Shown here: piece by piece, positions 33,970-43,679 of the stretch
Numbering within the stretch: the stretch's first letter is position 1
Layout of the letters: every line of letters starts with the position of its first letter
Virus record (IMG/VR): IMGVR_UViG_3300027645_000001
Coordinates: 1 to 61,940 of that record
Length of the DNA stretch: 61,940 bases
From: a virus
Direction: 5' to 3' (one strand)
Notes under the pieces: model-generated
Told to the model about the DNA's origin: nothing
The model's input: only the letters and a program-made list of their open reading frames with translations
Databases searched by the model: none
Program-made: the position numbers and the translations under genes

Positions 33970-34353
33970 ATGGCAAGTTATTCAAACCCGACCAGGATCA
34001 CTTATAGCTTCGGTGCGATCGTTTTCACGACCACGTTCGTCAACGCGATCAACGCCCCTGGTAAGGCCACGGCTGGCCGCGTGAGCGATATTCATGTGCG
34101 TTCAACCGTGCTGTTCACGAACGTGACCACTGGTGCGCTGGTCAACATCGGCACTGTCGCCACGCCCGCGAAGTACGCGCAGCTCAACTGCGCTGCGACT
34201 GCGGCCTACGCCGCAGTCAATGGTCCTGCGATCTTCAGCGATATCAATTTTGATCGCGACGGGGTCACGGCGATCCAGGTTCAAGTCGTCGCGCCCACCG
34301 GAGGCACGCCGGCCGGTACCGGATATCTCGATGTCGCGATGGATTGGTGGTAA
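33970..34353 (+). CDS. Virion-module protein, 127 aa (possible decoration/head protein)
   Basis: AAGGAG lies 9 nt before ATG 33970. The track opens at TTG 33964. Confidence 0.55.
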   Translation: MASYSNPTRITYSFGAIVFTTTFVNAINAPGKATAGRVSDIHVRSTVLFTNVTTGALVNIGTVATPAKYAQLNCAATAAYAAVNGPAIFSDINFDRDGVTAIQVQVVAPTGGTPAGTGYLDVAMDWW

Positions 34354-34398
34354 AAGCCACCGACTACCAAGCCAAAGTTTTCACGGAGTACCGCAACG

Positions 34399-34710
34399 AT
34401 GTCTGCACGTAGTGATGACAAGATGGGACCCAGCGCCGCCTCGCTCAATGCAACGCTGCCGGCCGAGCCGCGCCGTAAGGGGCGTGCGCCTGGTGCCGCG
34501 GGGCGCGATGCCGGCGAGGGCGCGGGCATTGAATCGGGCTGCTGGAGGAAGGAAGGCTTCGACGGGGAGACGGCCCTCGAGCAACTCGGCAAGCCGATCG
34601 AGCCGATGGGCACGCCGCCCTGGCGAGAGCCGGTGCCCGAGGAGACGGTCGACGGCACCGTCACGGATACTTTCGGGGCCGGCGAGCGCCACACGATCAA
34701 GAACGGCTGA
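34399..34710 (+). CDS. Hypothetical protein, 103 aa
   Basis: Track ORF; high third-position GC. Confidence 0.55.
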   Translation: MSARSDDKMGPSAASLNATLPAEPRRKGRAPGAAGRDAGEGAGIESGCWRKEGFDGETALEQLGKPIEPMGTPPWREPVPEETVDGTVTDTFGAGERHTIKNG

Positions 34711-34719
34711 TCGCGCGTC

Positions 34720-35019
34720 GTGGCCAAGCAGTACGGCATGAAAACGCTCGGCGGGCCGCCGGGCCTATTCGACGGTCCAAACGTGGATCGGGAGAGCAAC
34801 GGCGGCATTGTGCTGCGCGTACGTGTGCCGCAATCGCCAAACCCGGAGAACATTTACCTACCTGGCTATTTTCAAACGCTCTCGATCAACGACTCTGACA
34901 CGATGGATGACTTGGCAGAGAACGAGACACACGCCGACAGCCAGACGCCGAAGGACACGCCCAAGGACCTTGAGGGTGGCGTGCCATTCACCAAGGACAT
35001 CACCGGCTTCAAGATTTAG
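34720..35019 (+). CDS. Hypothetical protein, 99 aa
   Basis: Track ORF; GTG start. Confidence 0.5.
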   Translation: MAKQYGMKTLGGPPGLFDGPNVDRESNGGIVLRVRVPQSPNPENIYLPGYFQTLSINDSDTMDDLAENETHADSQTPKDTPKDLEGGVPFTKDITGFKI

Positions 35020-35035
35020 CGCAAAGGGGAATACC

Positions 35036-35428
35036 ATGGCTGCTACACCCGCTTTCGATAAGACCAAGCCGCACGGCGTGGTTGCGCACGGAGACCTGGC
35101 TGGAAAGGACCCTTCCGAACTGCCGGCATTCCTGCAGAACGGACACTATTTTCGCCCCGATGGCAGCTATCACAGCGCGGATGGGCAGCCCCGCAAGGTG
35201 GCCAAGCCCGTGGTCGAGGCGCCGGTCGACGCCCTGACGTTCAATCTGAGCGACGAGGAAGTGGCCGCAGCGCTCCTTGATCCGCGCGCCGAGGAATTGC
35301 TGTTCCTTCCGCACGATGAACTGGTCAAGCTCGTCCAGGCGGCCAACGGGCCGATGCTCTATGGCGAGGACTCGCACAAGAAGATGGCGGCTTGGCTGGT
35401 GAAGAACACGGCCAACGATGGTCTGTGA
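35036..35428 (+). CDS. Hypothetical virion-module protein, 130 aa
   Basis: AGGGGA RBS; trimmed from 34808..35428. Confidence 0.6.
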   Translation: MAATPAFDKTKPHGVVAHGDLAGKDPSELPAFLQNGHYFRPDGSYHSADGQPRKVAKPVVEAPVDALTFNLSDEEVAAALLDPRAEELLFLPHDELVKLVQAANGPMLYGEDSHKKMAAWLVKNTANDGL

Positions 35429-36183
35429 ACTACCTGCAGCTGTGCCAGGAAATCGTTAACGAGCTTGGCCTGTCCGGTCGGCCAACACTGACCAACACCA
35501 ATCCCATGACGACCAGCACCGGCTCATCCCCGGGCGAGATCGTCAACGTCGGGCGCTGGATTCGCGACGCCGCATTGTCGATCGACAATATGTGGGAGGA
35601 CTGGAAGTACCTCTGGAATAAGTATTCCACGCTGGCGGCTTTCCCTAATGGTGTTGCAGCAGGTCAGCAGACTCTGCCAGCGCCACCGAATGGCATCTTG
35701 GTGCGTCAATGGAATCCACAGTTTTTTCGCTGGCGGCCCAACGGTACACCAGGGGCGGTGTGGTCCGAGCTCGAGTGGTATACGCGCGAGGAGATGCTGC
35801 AGCAGTGGGACCCTGACAATTCGCAGCCAGGCCCGCCGGTGGCCGTCACGATACAGCCCGACAACACGCTCTATTTCGCCTCCGCCTTCGATATCCCCTA
35901 CGACTTCCTGGGCGAGTTCTGGCAGCGCCCGGTGCCGCTCGCCGCCTTGACCGACACGCCGCTCATGCCCGCCGAGTATCACCGCGGCATCGTGTGCCGC
36001 GCGTCGGTGATGTACGCCAATCGCGAGGACGCACCCGAGGTGATCGCGGGTATGGAGGCGGAGCTCATCGATGTCATCGATAAGCTGCAGGCCGATCAGC
36101 TCGAGCGCTTCGGCCTGCGTCGCAGTTCCACCGATCGCGAGCGCCGGTCCCGCGGCGATCACATCGCGCGCTTCTTGCAGTGA
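35425..36183 (+). CDS. Putative head-tail adaptor / tail tubular A-like protein
   Basis: GTGA overlap. The N-terminus VNYLQLCQEIVNELGL is typical of podovirus adaptor-type proteins. The call rests on position and is an inference. Confidence 0.45.
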   Translation: MNYLQLCQEIVNELGLSGRPTLTNTNPMTTSTGSSPGEIVNVGRWIRDAALSIDNMWEDWKYLWNKYSTLAAFPNGVAAGQQTLPAPPNGILVRQWNPQFFRWRPNGTPGAVWSELEWYTREEMLQQWDPDNSQPGPPVAVTIQPDNTLYFASAFDIPYDFLGEFWQRPVPLAALTDTPLMPAEYHRGIVCRASVMYANREDAPEVIAGMEAELIDVIDKLQADQLERFGLRRSSTDRERRSRGDHIARFLQ

Positions 36184-36190
36184 CACCCGC

Positions 36191-38080
36191 GTGGATATCC
36201 AAGAGGCACGTCGTTCGGTAGGCCGCCTCAATCGAAGCGGGGTTCAGGACGGCGATTATTTCCCGCTCGCCGGTGGCCTCAACATTGTCGACACGCCGCT
36301 GCAGATCGCCCCTGGTGAGCTGATCGATGGCTTGAACTACGAGCCACGCACGCTCGGCGGCTATCAGCGCCTGCAGGGCTATGAGCGCTTCGATGGGCAA
36401 ACGCCGCCTTCGCAAGAGTCCACGGTAGCTGCACGAGAGGCGCAGCGCGCGCTCATTCAGGCGGTGCCTGGTTCGGGGCCGGTGCGTGGCGTATTCATCC
36501 TGAACGGTCTGACCTATGCCTTTCGCGACAACATCGGTGGCACCGCGGAGGTGATGTACGTCCAAAGCATCAGCGGCTGGCAGGCAATCACGCTTAACAC
36601 GATCCTAAAATTTACTGCAGGGAGCCACATAAATTTATTCGACCGCATCTTGGGACAGACGACCGGCGCTGGCGCCCAGGTGCTGCGCATCGTGTTGCAG
36701 AGCGGATCATGGTCCTCTGGAACCGCGCAAGGCTATTTGGTTCTTGGTCCGGTTACGTCTGGCCCATTCAGTCCGACCGAGATTTTGAACAACTTTACCC
36801 AGCTTCTTGGGGTGGTTGCGCAAGTGGCTGGCGCGCAGTACACGCCGGTGCTTTTGCCTCGTGGTAGCTTTGATTTCGTCATCCAGAATTTCTACGGTTC
36901 CAGCGGAACGGTCAAAGTCTATGGCTGCGATGGGGTGAATAACGCTTTTGAATTCATCGCCGGACCCGGCTTCGTCTCCTGTTACTGTCCGATCTATTCA
37001 GGTATGGCGGTCGATGCGCCGATTTATCTCGAGGCGCACCGCGGCCGCCTCTGGCTCGCTTTTCGCAGCGGCAGCCTTCAGCCCTCTGGCATCAATGATC
37101 CAGTGGTGTTCAGCGCCTTGCAGGGCGCCGCGGAACTTGGCATCGGCTACGAGATCACTGGCCTCTTGGGCGAGATGTCGCCCTCGCAGTCGGCTTTCTA
37201 TTCCACCGCGACGCTATTCGTGTTCACGCGGGAGGAGATCTTCACGATCACTGGCGACGGGCCCAACTGGATCTTGGGGCCCTTCGCGGTGGAGTCAGGT
37301 GCGGCCCCTTTCAGCGTCCAGCGCATGGGCCAGGGCATCCTCCTCAATGCGCGTGGCTTCTCCACGCTGCAGTCGATCCAGCAACTCGGCAACTTTGCGC
37401 TATCGACCTTCTCGCAGAAGATCCAGTCGCTTATTCAGCAGATCCTGGCCAATGCGGTGTGCTCGTGCGTATCGAAGAATCGTAGCCTCTACCGGCTGTT
37501 CATGAACGACGGGCGCTTCATCAGCATCGGGTTTAAGGATCTGAAGATCACCGGCATCACGATCTGCGACCTGACACAGCCGATGTCCTGCGCCTGGAGC
37601 GGACGCGATATTAACGGCAACGAGCAGATTATGCTCGGGGGCGCCAACGGCATGGTGTATCGCATGGACTCCGGCATTCAGATCGATGGAGCCTCGCTCA
37701 ACGCCTTCTTGCACACGGCCTTTCACTTTTCTAAGTCCCCGAGCCGTCAAAAGCGCTATCGCCGGGCTCAGTTGGACCTTTTGGCCAGTGGCACATGCAC
37801 ACTCGCCTTCGCGCCCGATTATAGTTACGGCAGCGCAAATATCGGTTCGGATGCTTCGCGCACGCTGGCGAGTGTTGGCGTTGCGCAAAATCCTGGCATC
37901 TGGGCGAATTTCAGTTGGAGCAACGCCACAATCGCCAAACCGACCTTTAAGCTCGAGGGCTCAGGGAGCAACGCTGGTTTTGTGATTCAGCACCAATCTA
38001 CGAACGAGAATCCGCACACAATCCAGGGTTTAACGCTTCATGAATCACTTCGTCGTCTCGATAGAGGCAGCAACTCGTGA
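36191..38080 (+). CDS. Putative tail tubular B / nozzle-like protein, 629 aa
   Basis: Trimmed from 36071..38080 to the GTG at 36191. The call rests on size and on its position after the adaptor-like gene. Confidence 0.45.
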   Translation: MDIQEARRSVGRLNRSGVQDGDYFPLAGGLNIVDTPLQIAPGELIDGLNYEPRTLGGYQRLQGYERFDGQTPPSQESTVAAREAQRALIQAVPGSGPVRGVFILNGLTYAFRDNIGGTAEVMYVQSISGWQAITLNTILKFTAGSHINLFDRILGQTTGAGAQVLRIVLQSGSWSSGTAQGYLVLGPVTSGPFSPTEILNNFTQLLGVVAQVAGAQYTPVLLPRGSFDFVIQNFYGSSGTVKVYGCDGVNNAFEFIAGPGFVSCYCPIYSGMAVDAPIYLEAHRGRLWLAFRSGSLQPSGINDPVVFSALQGAAELGIGYEITGLLGEMSPSQSAFYSTATLFVFTREEIFTITGDGPNWILGPFAVESGAAPFSVQRMGQGILLNARGFSTLQSIQQLGNFALSTFSQKIQSLIQQILANAVCSCVSKNRSLYRLFMNDGRFISIGFKDLKITGITICDLTQPMSCAWSGRDINGNEQIMLGGANGMVYRMDSGIQIDGASLNAFLHTAFHFSKSPSRQKRYRRAQLDLLASGTCTLAFAPDYSYGSANIGSDASRTLASVGVAQNPGIWANFSWSNATIAKPTFKLEGSGSNAGFVIQHQSTNENPHTIQGLTLHESLRRLDRGSNS

Positions 38081-38454
38081 TCACCGATCCGAAAGTTCTG
38101 ACGCTCGCGCTCTTTACGAACATCGATCCCCACTTCCTCACAGAGGTGGACGTGAGTCTGAAGGCGCTGAACGTGTGCGCTCGTCACCAGCTCACGATTA
38201 CCTGCACTCCAGATCCAGCCGCCGCAGGGGTGGTACAGGTGCGTGGCATCGGATTCGGGAGCCAACTTTCACCAGCGAAATTCGACTCGCGGCTGGACGC
38301 AATCGCTATGACTGGAGGCTCGCAGATCATCATCTTCTACGGGATGTTCGACGCGCTGCGCTTCGATATGAGCGCCTTTGGCACAGGTACGCTGCTTTCC
38401 GCGGCGCTCGCCAGTCACCAGGACGAACTCACGATCAGCGGCAATGCCACCTGA
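38077..38454 (+). CDS. Hypothetical virion-module protein, 125 aa
   Basis: GTGA overlap. Confidence 0.55.
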   Translation: MITDPKVLTLALFTNIDPHFLTEVDVSLKALNVCARHQLTITCTPDPAAAGVVQVRGIGFGSQLSPAKFDSRLDAIAMTGGSQIIIFYGMFDALRFDMSAFGTGTLLSAALASHQDELTISGNAT

Positions 38455-38532
38455 AAGCCACCCCTTGTGGATTTTCGCAGGCGCGCTATTTTGTGCGCGA
38501 CGGCACGTCTCTACTCATAAGCTGGAGTTCAC

Positions 38533-38829
38533 ATGGCTGACGGCGACCCTTTACTGAATAACGAGACTGCCACCGGAAACGTGCGCAACTGGATCGGCGG
38601 TATGGGTATGTTCATTGCCTGCTGTGCGGGCTGGAACGGTGCGGGTGTCGCTCTGCAGGTCCTCGGCCCGGACGATGTGACCTGGATGAACGCGGGCGGA
38701 AACACCACGTTCGTGGCAAATAACCTGGGCATCTTTTATCTGCCGCCATGCCGGATCAGAGCTGCCGTGAGCGGCGCGGTTCCATCGGCCGGGGTCTTTG
38801 CCCAAGTGGCGCAGGTGTCCGTCCGATGA
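38533..38829 (+). CDS. Hypothetical protein, 98 aa
   Basis: GGAG lies 6 nt upstream. Confidence 0.55.
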   Translation: MADGDPLLNNETATGNVRNWIGGMGMFIACCAGWNGAGVALQVLGPDDVTWMNAGGNTTFVANNLGIFYLPPCRIRAAVSGAVPSAGVFAQVAQVSVR

Positions 38830-41258
38830 AAAAGCTGCTGACGCTCCTGCTCTCGCTCATCGCCTCGGCGGCCATCGCTGATGTGACGGGGCCGGCTACC
38901 GGGACGCTGCCGACCAATGTCGTAGCTCCTGCCAATGGTCAGTGCCTGGTATTTAACGGCACGACGATGCAGTGGGTGAACGCTGCTTGCGGCGCAGGCT
39001 CAGGAATAACCGCGCTCACTGGCGGCGTAATCGCGACGGGACCGGGCAGCGCGGTAGCGGTCTTGGGGAATCCATCCGCCTCTACTCTCGGCGGTATCGA
39101 ATCAGTGGCGCCGGTCTCTCATCAGTGGATCAACTCGATCAACACCTCAGGCGTGCCAGCGCTGTCGCAGCCGGCGGCCACTGATATCTCTGGGCTCGGC
39201 ACGTTTGCAACGGCCAATGCTGCGACACCTCCTGCGATCGGCGGCACGACACCTGCTGCCGGTGCCTTCACCAACTTCAACTACACCGGCATGTTCACGG
39301 GCGCTGCTGGGTCGATAGCGCCAGCGGATCTTGCCGCGGGCCAAGTTCCTGCTTCCGTCGGCGTCCTCGGCTACGACACACCACTCAAAGAGGGTGCAGT
39401 CGGCAATCATACCGCTGATGATAGTTCCGCTGTTCAAGCGTGTGTGACTACCGGGGCCTGTTACTTTCCTGCTGGATATATCTACAAGGTCACGGTGCCG
39501 ATTCAGATTCCCACGGGGGCTGATGTTGAAGGCGCCAACGGCGCGACCACAGGGTTATTGGGCTCAAGTGTAGTTGGAGGGGTGGTTCAGGTAGGTAATG
39601 GCGGAACGAGCAGGATTCTGGACGTAACCCTGCGGAATTTTCGTATCCTTGGCAGTGCGACTTATTGTTTGAAGGTCAACCATGCAACGCTACTGGTGTT
39701 CGATAACATCAGTTGCGCGTGGGATCAGACCAACGATGCCGCTTACGCACAGCCCAATTGGGGATGGGGCGCATTTTACATAGATTATTCGTTCGATAAT
39801 TCGTTCACTAGTCTCAATAATCAGGGATCTATTGATGGCGGCACGCTCACTCTGGCTGGCGCCAGCGGTGGCGGCGGCGTGGATGGGCAAACTTCTGCTA
39901 CATCAATATCAACGACCAATACGCTCGGGCTCATCAATACAAAGTACCCGGTCATTTTCTCCAACGGTGATCAGCGCGTAATCACAGTCACTGGCTGTCC
40001 GGGTGGTTGCGTGGCGTCATGGACAACTGCCTTAAGGTCAGGCACTACCATAACTGCAGGTGTTTACGGCATAGGCTTTTTTGGCGGCGGTGCGTTCAAC
40101 GCGAATCACGTGACCAACTTAGGTGTGAATGGAGTTGCTTACGGCACTTATTTGAACGATGTTTTTGGCAGCGGTGCGAGCAATGCAAGCACGTTCAACG
40201 AAGTAACAAATCAGGGCTGCGCGGTCGGCCTGTTTATTGGCGGTCATGCGGGAGAGGTTTTCAATTCTATTTATAGTGAGAATGATGGCCAGGCTATTAT
40301 CGTTGGGGATTATTCGCAGAACCTTGGCGCCGTTGGCATCACACTAAATTCCCCGGGCATTACTTCGTACGCAACCACTAGTACTGGCACCTACCAAGGA
40401 GTGCCATCGCTCTCGGCTATTCGTATTGGCTATGGCTCCGGTGTCACCATCAGCAACGTTGGGCGGCTGTTCTACAACTATCACGGCCTAGCCCCAGTCA
40501 CCATTACGCGCAATGGAGCGGACAGCACGGGTACGGCGGCGATGGGATTGGCGTTAGTCGGTTACGACGGGACAGTGAAGTCAGTTGTGCTGACGAATCC
40601 AGGCTACAACTACACCGCCGCGCCGACCTGTTCGATTGGCGCAGGAACGTGGGGCGGTAGCAGCGCCACATGCACAGTGAGCTACGGAAATGTGGCGACG
40701 TTCACGGGGTCAACTAGCGGCACTACGCTGACTGTATCCGCCGTTTCTGCCGGAACCATCGCTCCTGGACAGGTGCTTACTGGCGGCACAGTGTCCGCCA
40801 ATACCTATATAACGTTCGCCGCCAACGGGTCCACGCTTACCGGCAATGGAGGCGTTGGCACTTATGCCATCAACAATTCTCAGACAGCTTCAGCCACGGG
40901 CTCGTCTGCTATTACATCTTTAGCCGTGGGAGCTGCAGGCTCTGGGTATGGCAGCGGTTATGCACCAATTCTTGTGGGCGCAGTTGAGGGTCTTAAAATT
41001 ACCGGGATGCTTGGCGAAAAGTATCCTAACGCATTCCCGATTTGGGCTTACGTGGCGCGCTCTACTATCGATGGCTTTACGCGACCCACCAGTATGGCAT
41101 TGGAAGGCGACTACGACGTGTTTGGAAGCAGCGGATATTCCTACCCCATAACTATTCGGGCCGGTGGGTTCACGTCAACTCTGTCGCTTCTCATTGATAC
41201 CGATTACGGTTGGGGAACGGTCTACCACACTCTGATCACACCGCCAAATTACCCATGA
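38826..41258 (+). CDS. Tail fibre/tailspike-like protein with a pectate-lyase-type beta-helix region and a signal-peptide-like N-terminus
   Basis: Trimmed to [20 protein letters not shown] (ATGA overlap). Fibre-like Gly/Thr/Ala N-part. [13 protein letters not shown]...[10 protein letters not shown] resembles the start of pectate_lyase_3-type spikes. Confidence 0.6.
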   Translation: MKKLLTLLLSLIASAAIADVTGPATGTLPTNVVAPANGQCLVFNGTTMQWVNAACGAGSGITALTGGVIATGPGSAVAVLGNPSASTLGGIESVAPVSHQWINSINTSGVPALSQPAATDISGLGTFATANAATPPAIGGTTPAAGAFTNFNYTGMFTGAAGSIAPADLAAGQVPASVGVLGYDTPLKEGAVGNHTADDSSAVQACVTTGACYFPAGYIYKVTVPIQIPTGADVEGANGATTGLLGSSVVGGVVQVGNGGTSRILDVTLRNFRILGSATYCLKVNHATLLVFDNISCAWDQTNDAAYAQPNWGWGAFYIDYSFDNSFTSLNNQGSIDGGTLTLAGASGGGGVDGQTSATSISTTNTLGLINTKYPVIFSNGDQRVITVTGCPGGCVASWTTALRSGTTITAGVYGIGFFGGGAFNANHVTNLGVNGVAYGTYLNDVFGSGASNASTFNEVTNQGCAVGLFIGGHAGEVFNSIYSENDGQAIIVGDYSQNLGAVGITLNSPGITSYATTSTGTYQGVPSLSAIRIGYGSGVTISNVGRLFYNYHGLAPVTITRNGADSTGTAAMGLALVGYDGTVKSVVLTNPGYNYTAAPTCSIGAGTWGGSSATCTVSYGNVATFTGSTSGTTLTVSAVSAGTIAPGQVLTGGTVSANTYITFAANGSTLTGNGGVGTYAINNSQTASATGSSAITSLAVGAAGSGYGSGYAPILVGAVEGLKITGMLGEKYPNAFPIWAYVARSTIDGFTRPTSMALEGDYDVFGSSGYSYPITIRAGGFTSTLSLLIDTDYGWGTVYHTLITPPNYP

Positions 41259-41265
41259 GGTTAGC

Positions 41266-41754
41266 ATGAAAACTAAAATCATAGCCGGAGTCACGGCGTT
41301 CTTCCTCACGTGGGCGATGATGGCCGTTGCCACATTGGGGCCGCAGAGTGTGGTGACCAGCACGACCAACACGATAACGCTGAACAATGGGACGTTGATG
41401 ACGTTCCCCGCTGCTGCGGCTACGATCGCACCAGCCTTGTCGATTCCTCTTGGAACGGCAACATTCGCGATAGGGTCAAATGTCACCTCAGTCGCCTGTG
41501 CTACCAGCTACTCATGCAACAACACGCGCGGCACGTTGACCATCGTAGGCGGCACGGCGACTACCGGGACGATTGCCACTGTGTCTTTCTCGGCCGCTAT
41601 TGCTGCTGCTCCCGCGTGCTTCGCTAAAATGAACGGCGGTGCAGCAACGTTCGATATCGGTACTGGTGTGCCTTCGACGACTGCTTTCACGATCACGGCA
41701 GGGCTAACTGTGGTCGGGGCCACGTTCAACGTGGATTACTGGTGCCAGCCATGA
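41266..41754 (+). CDS. Exported Thr/Ala/Gly-rich protein, 162 aa
   Basis: N-terminal hydrophobic signal MKTKIIAGVTAFFLTWAMMAVA; four Cys. Confidence 0.6.
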   Translation: MKTKIIAGVTAFFLTWAMMAVATLGPQSVVTSTTNTITLNNGTLMTFPAAAATIAPALSIPLGTATFAIGSNVTSVACATSYSCNNTRGTLTIVGGTATTGTIATVSFSAAIAAAPACFAKMNGGAATFDIGTGVPSTTAFTITAGLTVVGATFNVDYWCQP

Positions 41755-41864
41755 TGAACGCCTGGCTTATCCTCTGGTGCATGCTCGAAGCGGCGCTCCT
41801 CACGGCGCTGATCGGCAAGCTGCGGGGAAGGCGGCTTGTGTGGACGAAGAAGCGCACAGGATGA
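41751..41864 (+). CDS. Micro-ORF, 37 aa membrane peptide
   Basis: My translation: MMNAWLILWCMLEAALLTALIGKLRGRRLVWTKKRTG. ATGA overlap. Confidence 0.4.
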   Translation: MMNAWLILWCMLEAALLTALIGKLRGRRLVWTKKRTG

Positions 41865-41886
41865 GGAAGGTAACGAGGAATTATCT

Positions 41887-42267
41887 ATGAAGGAACAAAA
41901 CGTTTCGACCCCGCTGCGAGCGTTGCGCAAGCGCGTAAGCTGCGGTAAATTAGACATGACGTTCATGACGAGCCTCGTGTACACAGGCCAAGTGCCGGCG
42001 AGCGGAAGCGTAGACGTCGTTTCAAGGTTGATGCGCCATGGTAAGTCCGGAGAGACGGGCGTCGGAGAAACCGTAAAGTCTCCCAAGGCACATGGTTGTA
42101 AGGGGTCTGCAGCCCCGCGTCCAGGTGAGAGCCGCAAGGCTCTGGTGAGGGACAGCACTTCACTCGGACGTCCGTCAGCGGGAACGAGGCACTGCGAGCA
42201 TTGGCCAGCCGACCAAGGCATTCCAGCTGTTGCGAGGCATGGAAGGCAAATGCGAGCGGCGTCATGA
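41887..42267 (+). CDS. Doubtful ORF, 126 aa, basic. The region may instead be non-coding or structured RNA.
   Basis: For coding: GAGGA 8 nt upstream and an ATGA overlap with the next ORF. Against: atypical codons (AGG, GGA, GTA, TTA) and dense hairpins. Confidence 0.3.
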   Translation: MKEQNVSTPLRALRKRVSCGKLDMTFMTSLVYTGQVPASGSVDVVSRLMRHGKSGETGVGETVKSPKAHGCKGSAAPRPGESRKALVRDSTSLGRPSAGTRHCEHWPADQGIPAVARHGRQMRAAS

Positions 42268-42377
42268 ACACCGGGAAACGACTGCTGATCTTGCTCGCCC
42301 TTCTGTTGCCGCTGACGTGCCTCGCACAGAGCCCTGGCGTCGGGCTCGACGCGCTGCCTTCGGCCTTGGTCTATTGA
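42264..42377 (+). CDS. Micro-ORF, 37 aa, signal-peptide/lipoprotein-like
   Basis: My translation: MNTGKRLLILLALLLPLTCLAQSPGVGLDALPSALVY. Confidence 0.4.
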   Translation: MNTGKRLLILLALLLPLTCLAQSPGVGLDALPSALVY

Positions 42378-42413
42378 TAGGATAAAAGCGAAGCGCATGA
42401 GGATTTACTGAGG

Positions 42414-43679
42414 GTGGCCGCCGCCGCCCCACAATTGATCCCGCAGGCGAACGCGACGCCGTCGCTTGTCTTTCCGAGCACGACCTCGAGCGGTTTAACG
42501 ACGACGCCCTCCACCGGGCCCACGCCACAGATTGTGCCCACGGTGGGCTCGACCGCGCCTTCCGCCTCGCCCAATACGCCGCTGCCAGGTGCGACGGTGG
42601 CGCCTCCGGGCGGTCCTCCGCCGCCCACCACGCCCTCGAGCCGCGCACCATCCGTCTCGAGCATCATTCCAGGCGCAACCTCGGTGCCCATCAGCGGCAA
42701 TACCACGATCGCGCCGGTGAATCAAAGCGAACTCGTCTCTGGTCAGCTCAACGATATCCTGAAATCAGGCTCGCCCTACACGCAGCTCGCGCGCAGTCAA
42801 GCATTGCAGGCCGCATCCGCTCGCGGCCTTCAGAATTCGAGCATCGCCGCTGGCGCGGGCGAAGCCGCTGCGATCTCGGCCGCGCTGCCTATCGCACAGG
42901 GAAATGCGACCAATGAGCTCACGGTCGAGCAGGCGAATCAGCAAGCGCTCAACACCTCGGCGCAGATCCAGCAGCAGGCCACCGCGACCCAGCAGACGCA
43001 GAAGCAGCAGATTGAGGAGCAAACGCAGTCCACATTGGTCACGCAGGCTGCCGCGCTCACCCAGCAGTTGACCAACACGCTGACCGCTCAGGCGCAGCAG
43101 GGCACGATCAACTTCACCCTGCAGGCCCAAACGGAAGCGGCCAACATCAACCAGATTCTCACGCAGGGCAATGTCAACTCGATGTTGTCGGCGCAGCAAA
43201 GCACGCAGCAGATCCAGCAGATCAACCAGACGAGCCTGGATACGATCAACCAGATTGATTCGCAGGCCAAGGCGAACGCCTCACAGGACGGCCCCGCGTT
43301 GCAGGCCCAATACCTGACTGGCGTGACCAACATCATGAATGCGACGGCGGCCCAGATTCAGGCGATCTACCAGACGACCGGCCTTTCAAGCACCCAGCAG
43401 CAAGCCGCGGTGCTCACTGCGAATCAGCAGATGCAGGAGAACATCAATAATCTTGCAGCCTACTACGCCAGCTCACCGCTGTGGGATACGGGCCAGCAGC
43501 CCACGCCGATCCCGGCGTCCGCGATTCCGAAGCCAGTGGCGCCAGTTGCAACGCTGCCCAGGCCAACGCCCACGCCAACGCGCACGTCCACGCCCGCGCC
43601 CACAGCGCCGACCGCGACCACGCCGACCAGACGATATTCAGGCTATCCGACGACTACGGGCTTTGGGATGCCAGCATGA
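42414..43679 (+). CDS. Gln-rich internal-virion-like protein, 421 aa
   Basis: Track ORF. The GTG start has poor SD spacing, so the start is uncertain. N-terminal QLIP/QIVP/SIIP motifs, then a long Q/T/A-rich helical region. Confidence 0.6.
   Translation: MAAAAPQLIPQANATPSLVFPSTTSSGLTTTPSTGPTPQIVPTVGSTAPSASPNTPLPGATVAPPGGPPPPTTPSSRAPSVSSIIPGATSVPISGNTTIAPVNQSELVSGQLNDILKSGSPYTQLARSQALQAASARGLQNSSIAAGAGEAAAISAALPIAQGNATNELTVEQANQQALNTSAQIQQQATATQQTQKQQIEEQTQSTLVTQAAALTQQLTNTLTAQAQQGTINFTLQAQTEAANINQILTQGNVNSMLSAQQSTQQIQQINQTSLDTINQIDSQAKANASQDGPALQAQYLTGVTNIMNATAAQIQAIYQTTGLSSTQQQAAVLTANQQMQENINNLAAYYASSPLWDTGQQPTPIPASAIPKPVAPVATLPRPTPTPTRTSTPAPTAPTATTPTRRYSGYPTTTGFGMPA

Noticed and set aside
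38482-38499. Hairpin cgcgc-tattttgt-gcgcg in the 78-nt gap after 38077..38454 as a terminator
   Set aside because: The stem is only 5 bp and no downstream T-run follows. The evidence is insufficient.
41865-42263. RNase P RNA, tmRNA, tRNA or a group I intron in the non-coding-looking stretch
   Set aside because: There are only superficial matches (GUAAGUCCGG, AAGGCAAAUGC). No tRNA-like T-arm is present, no tag ORF, and no exon continuity across the region. It is kept only as an unassigned candidate structured region.
38826-42413. Diversity-generating retroelement next to the tail-fibre gene (BPP-1-style mtd/atd/TR/brt layout)
   Set aside because: No reverse transcriptase motif (YxDD) appears anywhere in the six-frame track. 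I found no template/variable repeat pair between the non-coding stretch and the 3-prime ends of 38826..41258 or 41266..41754.
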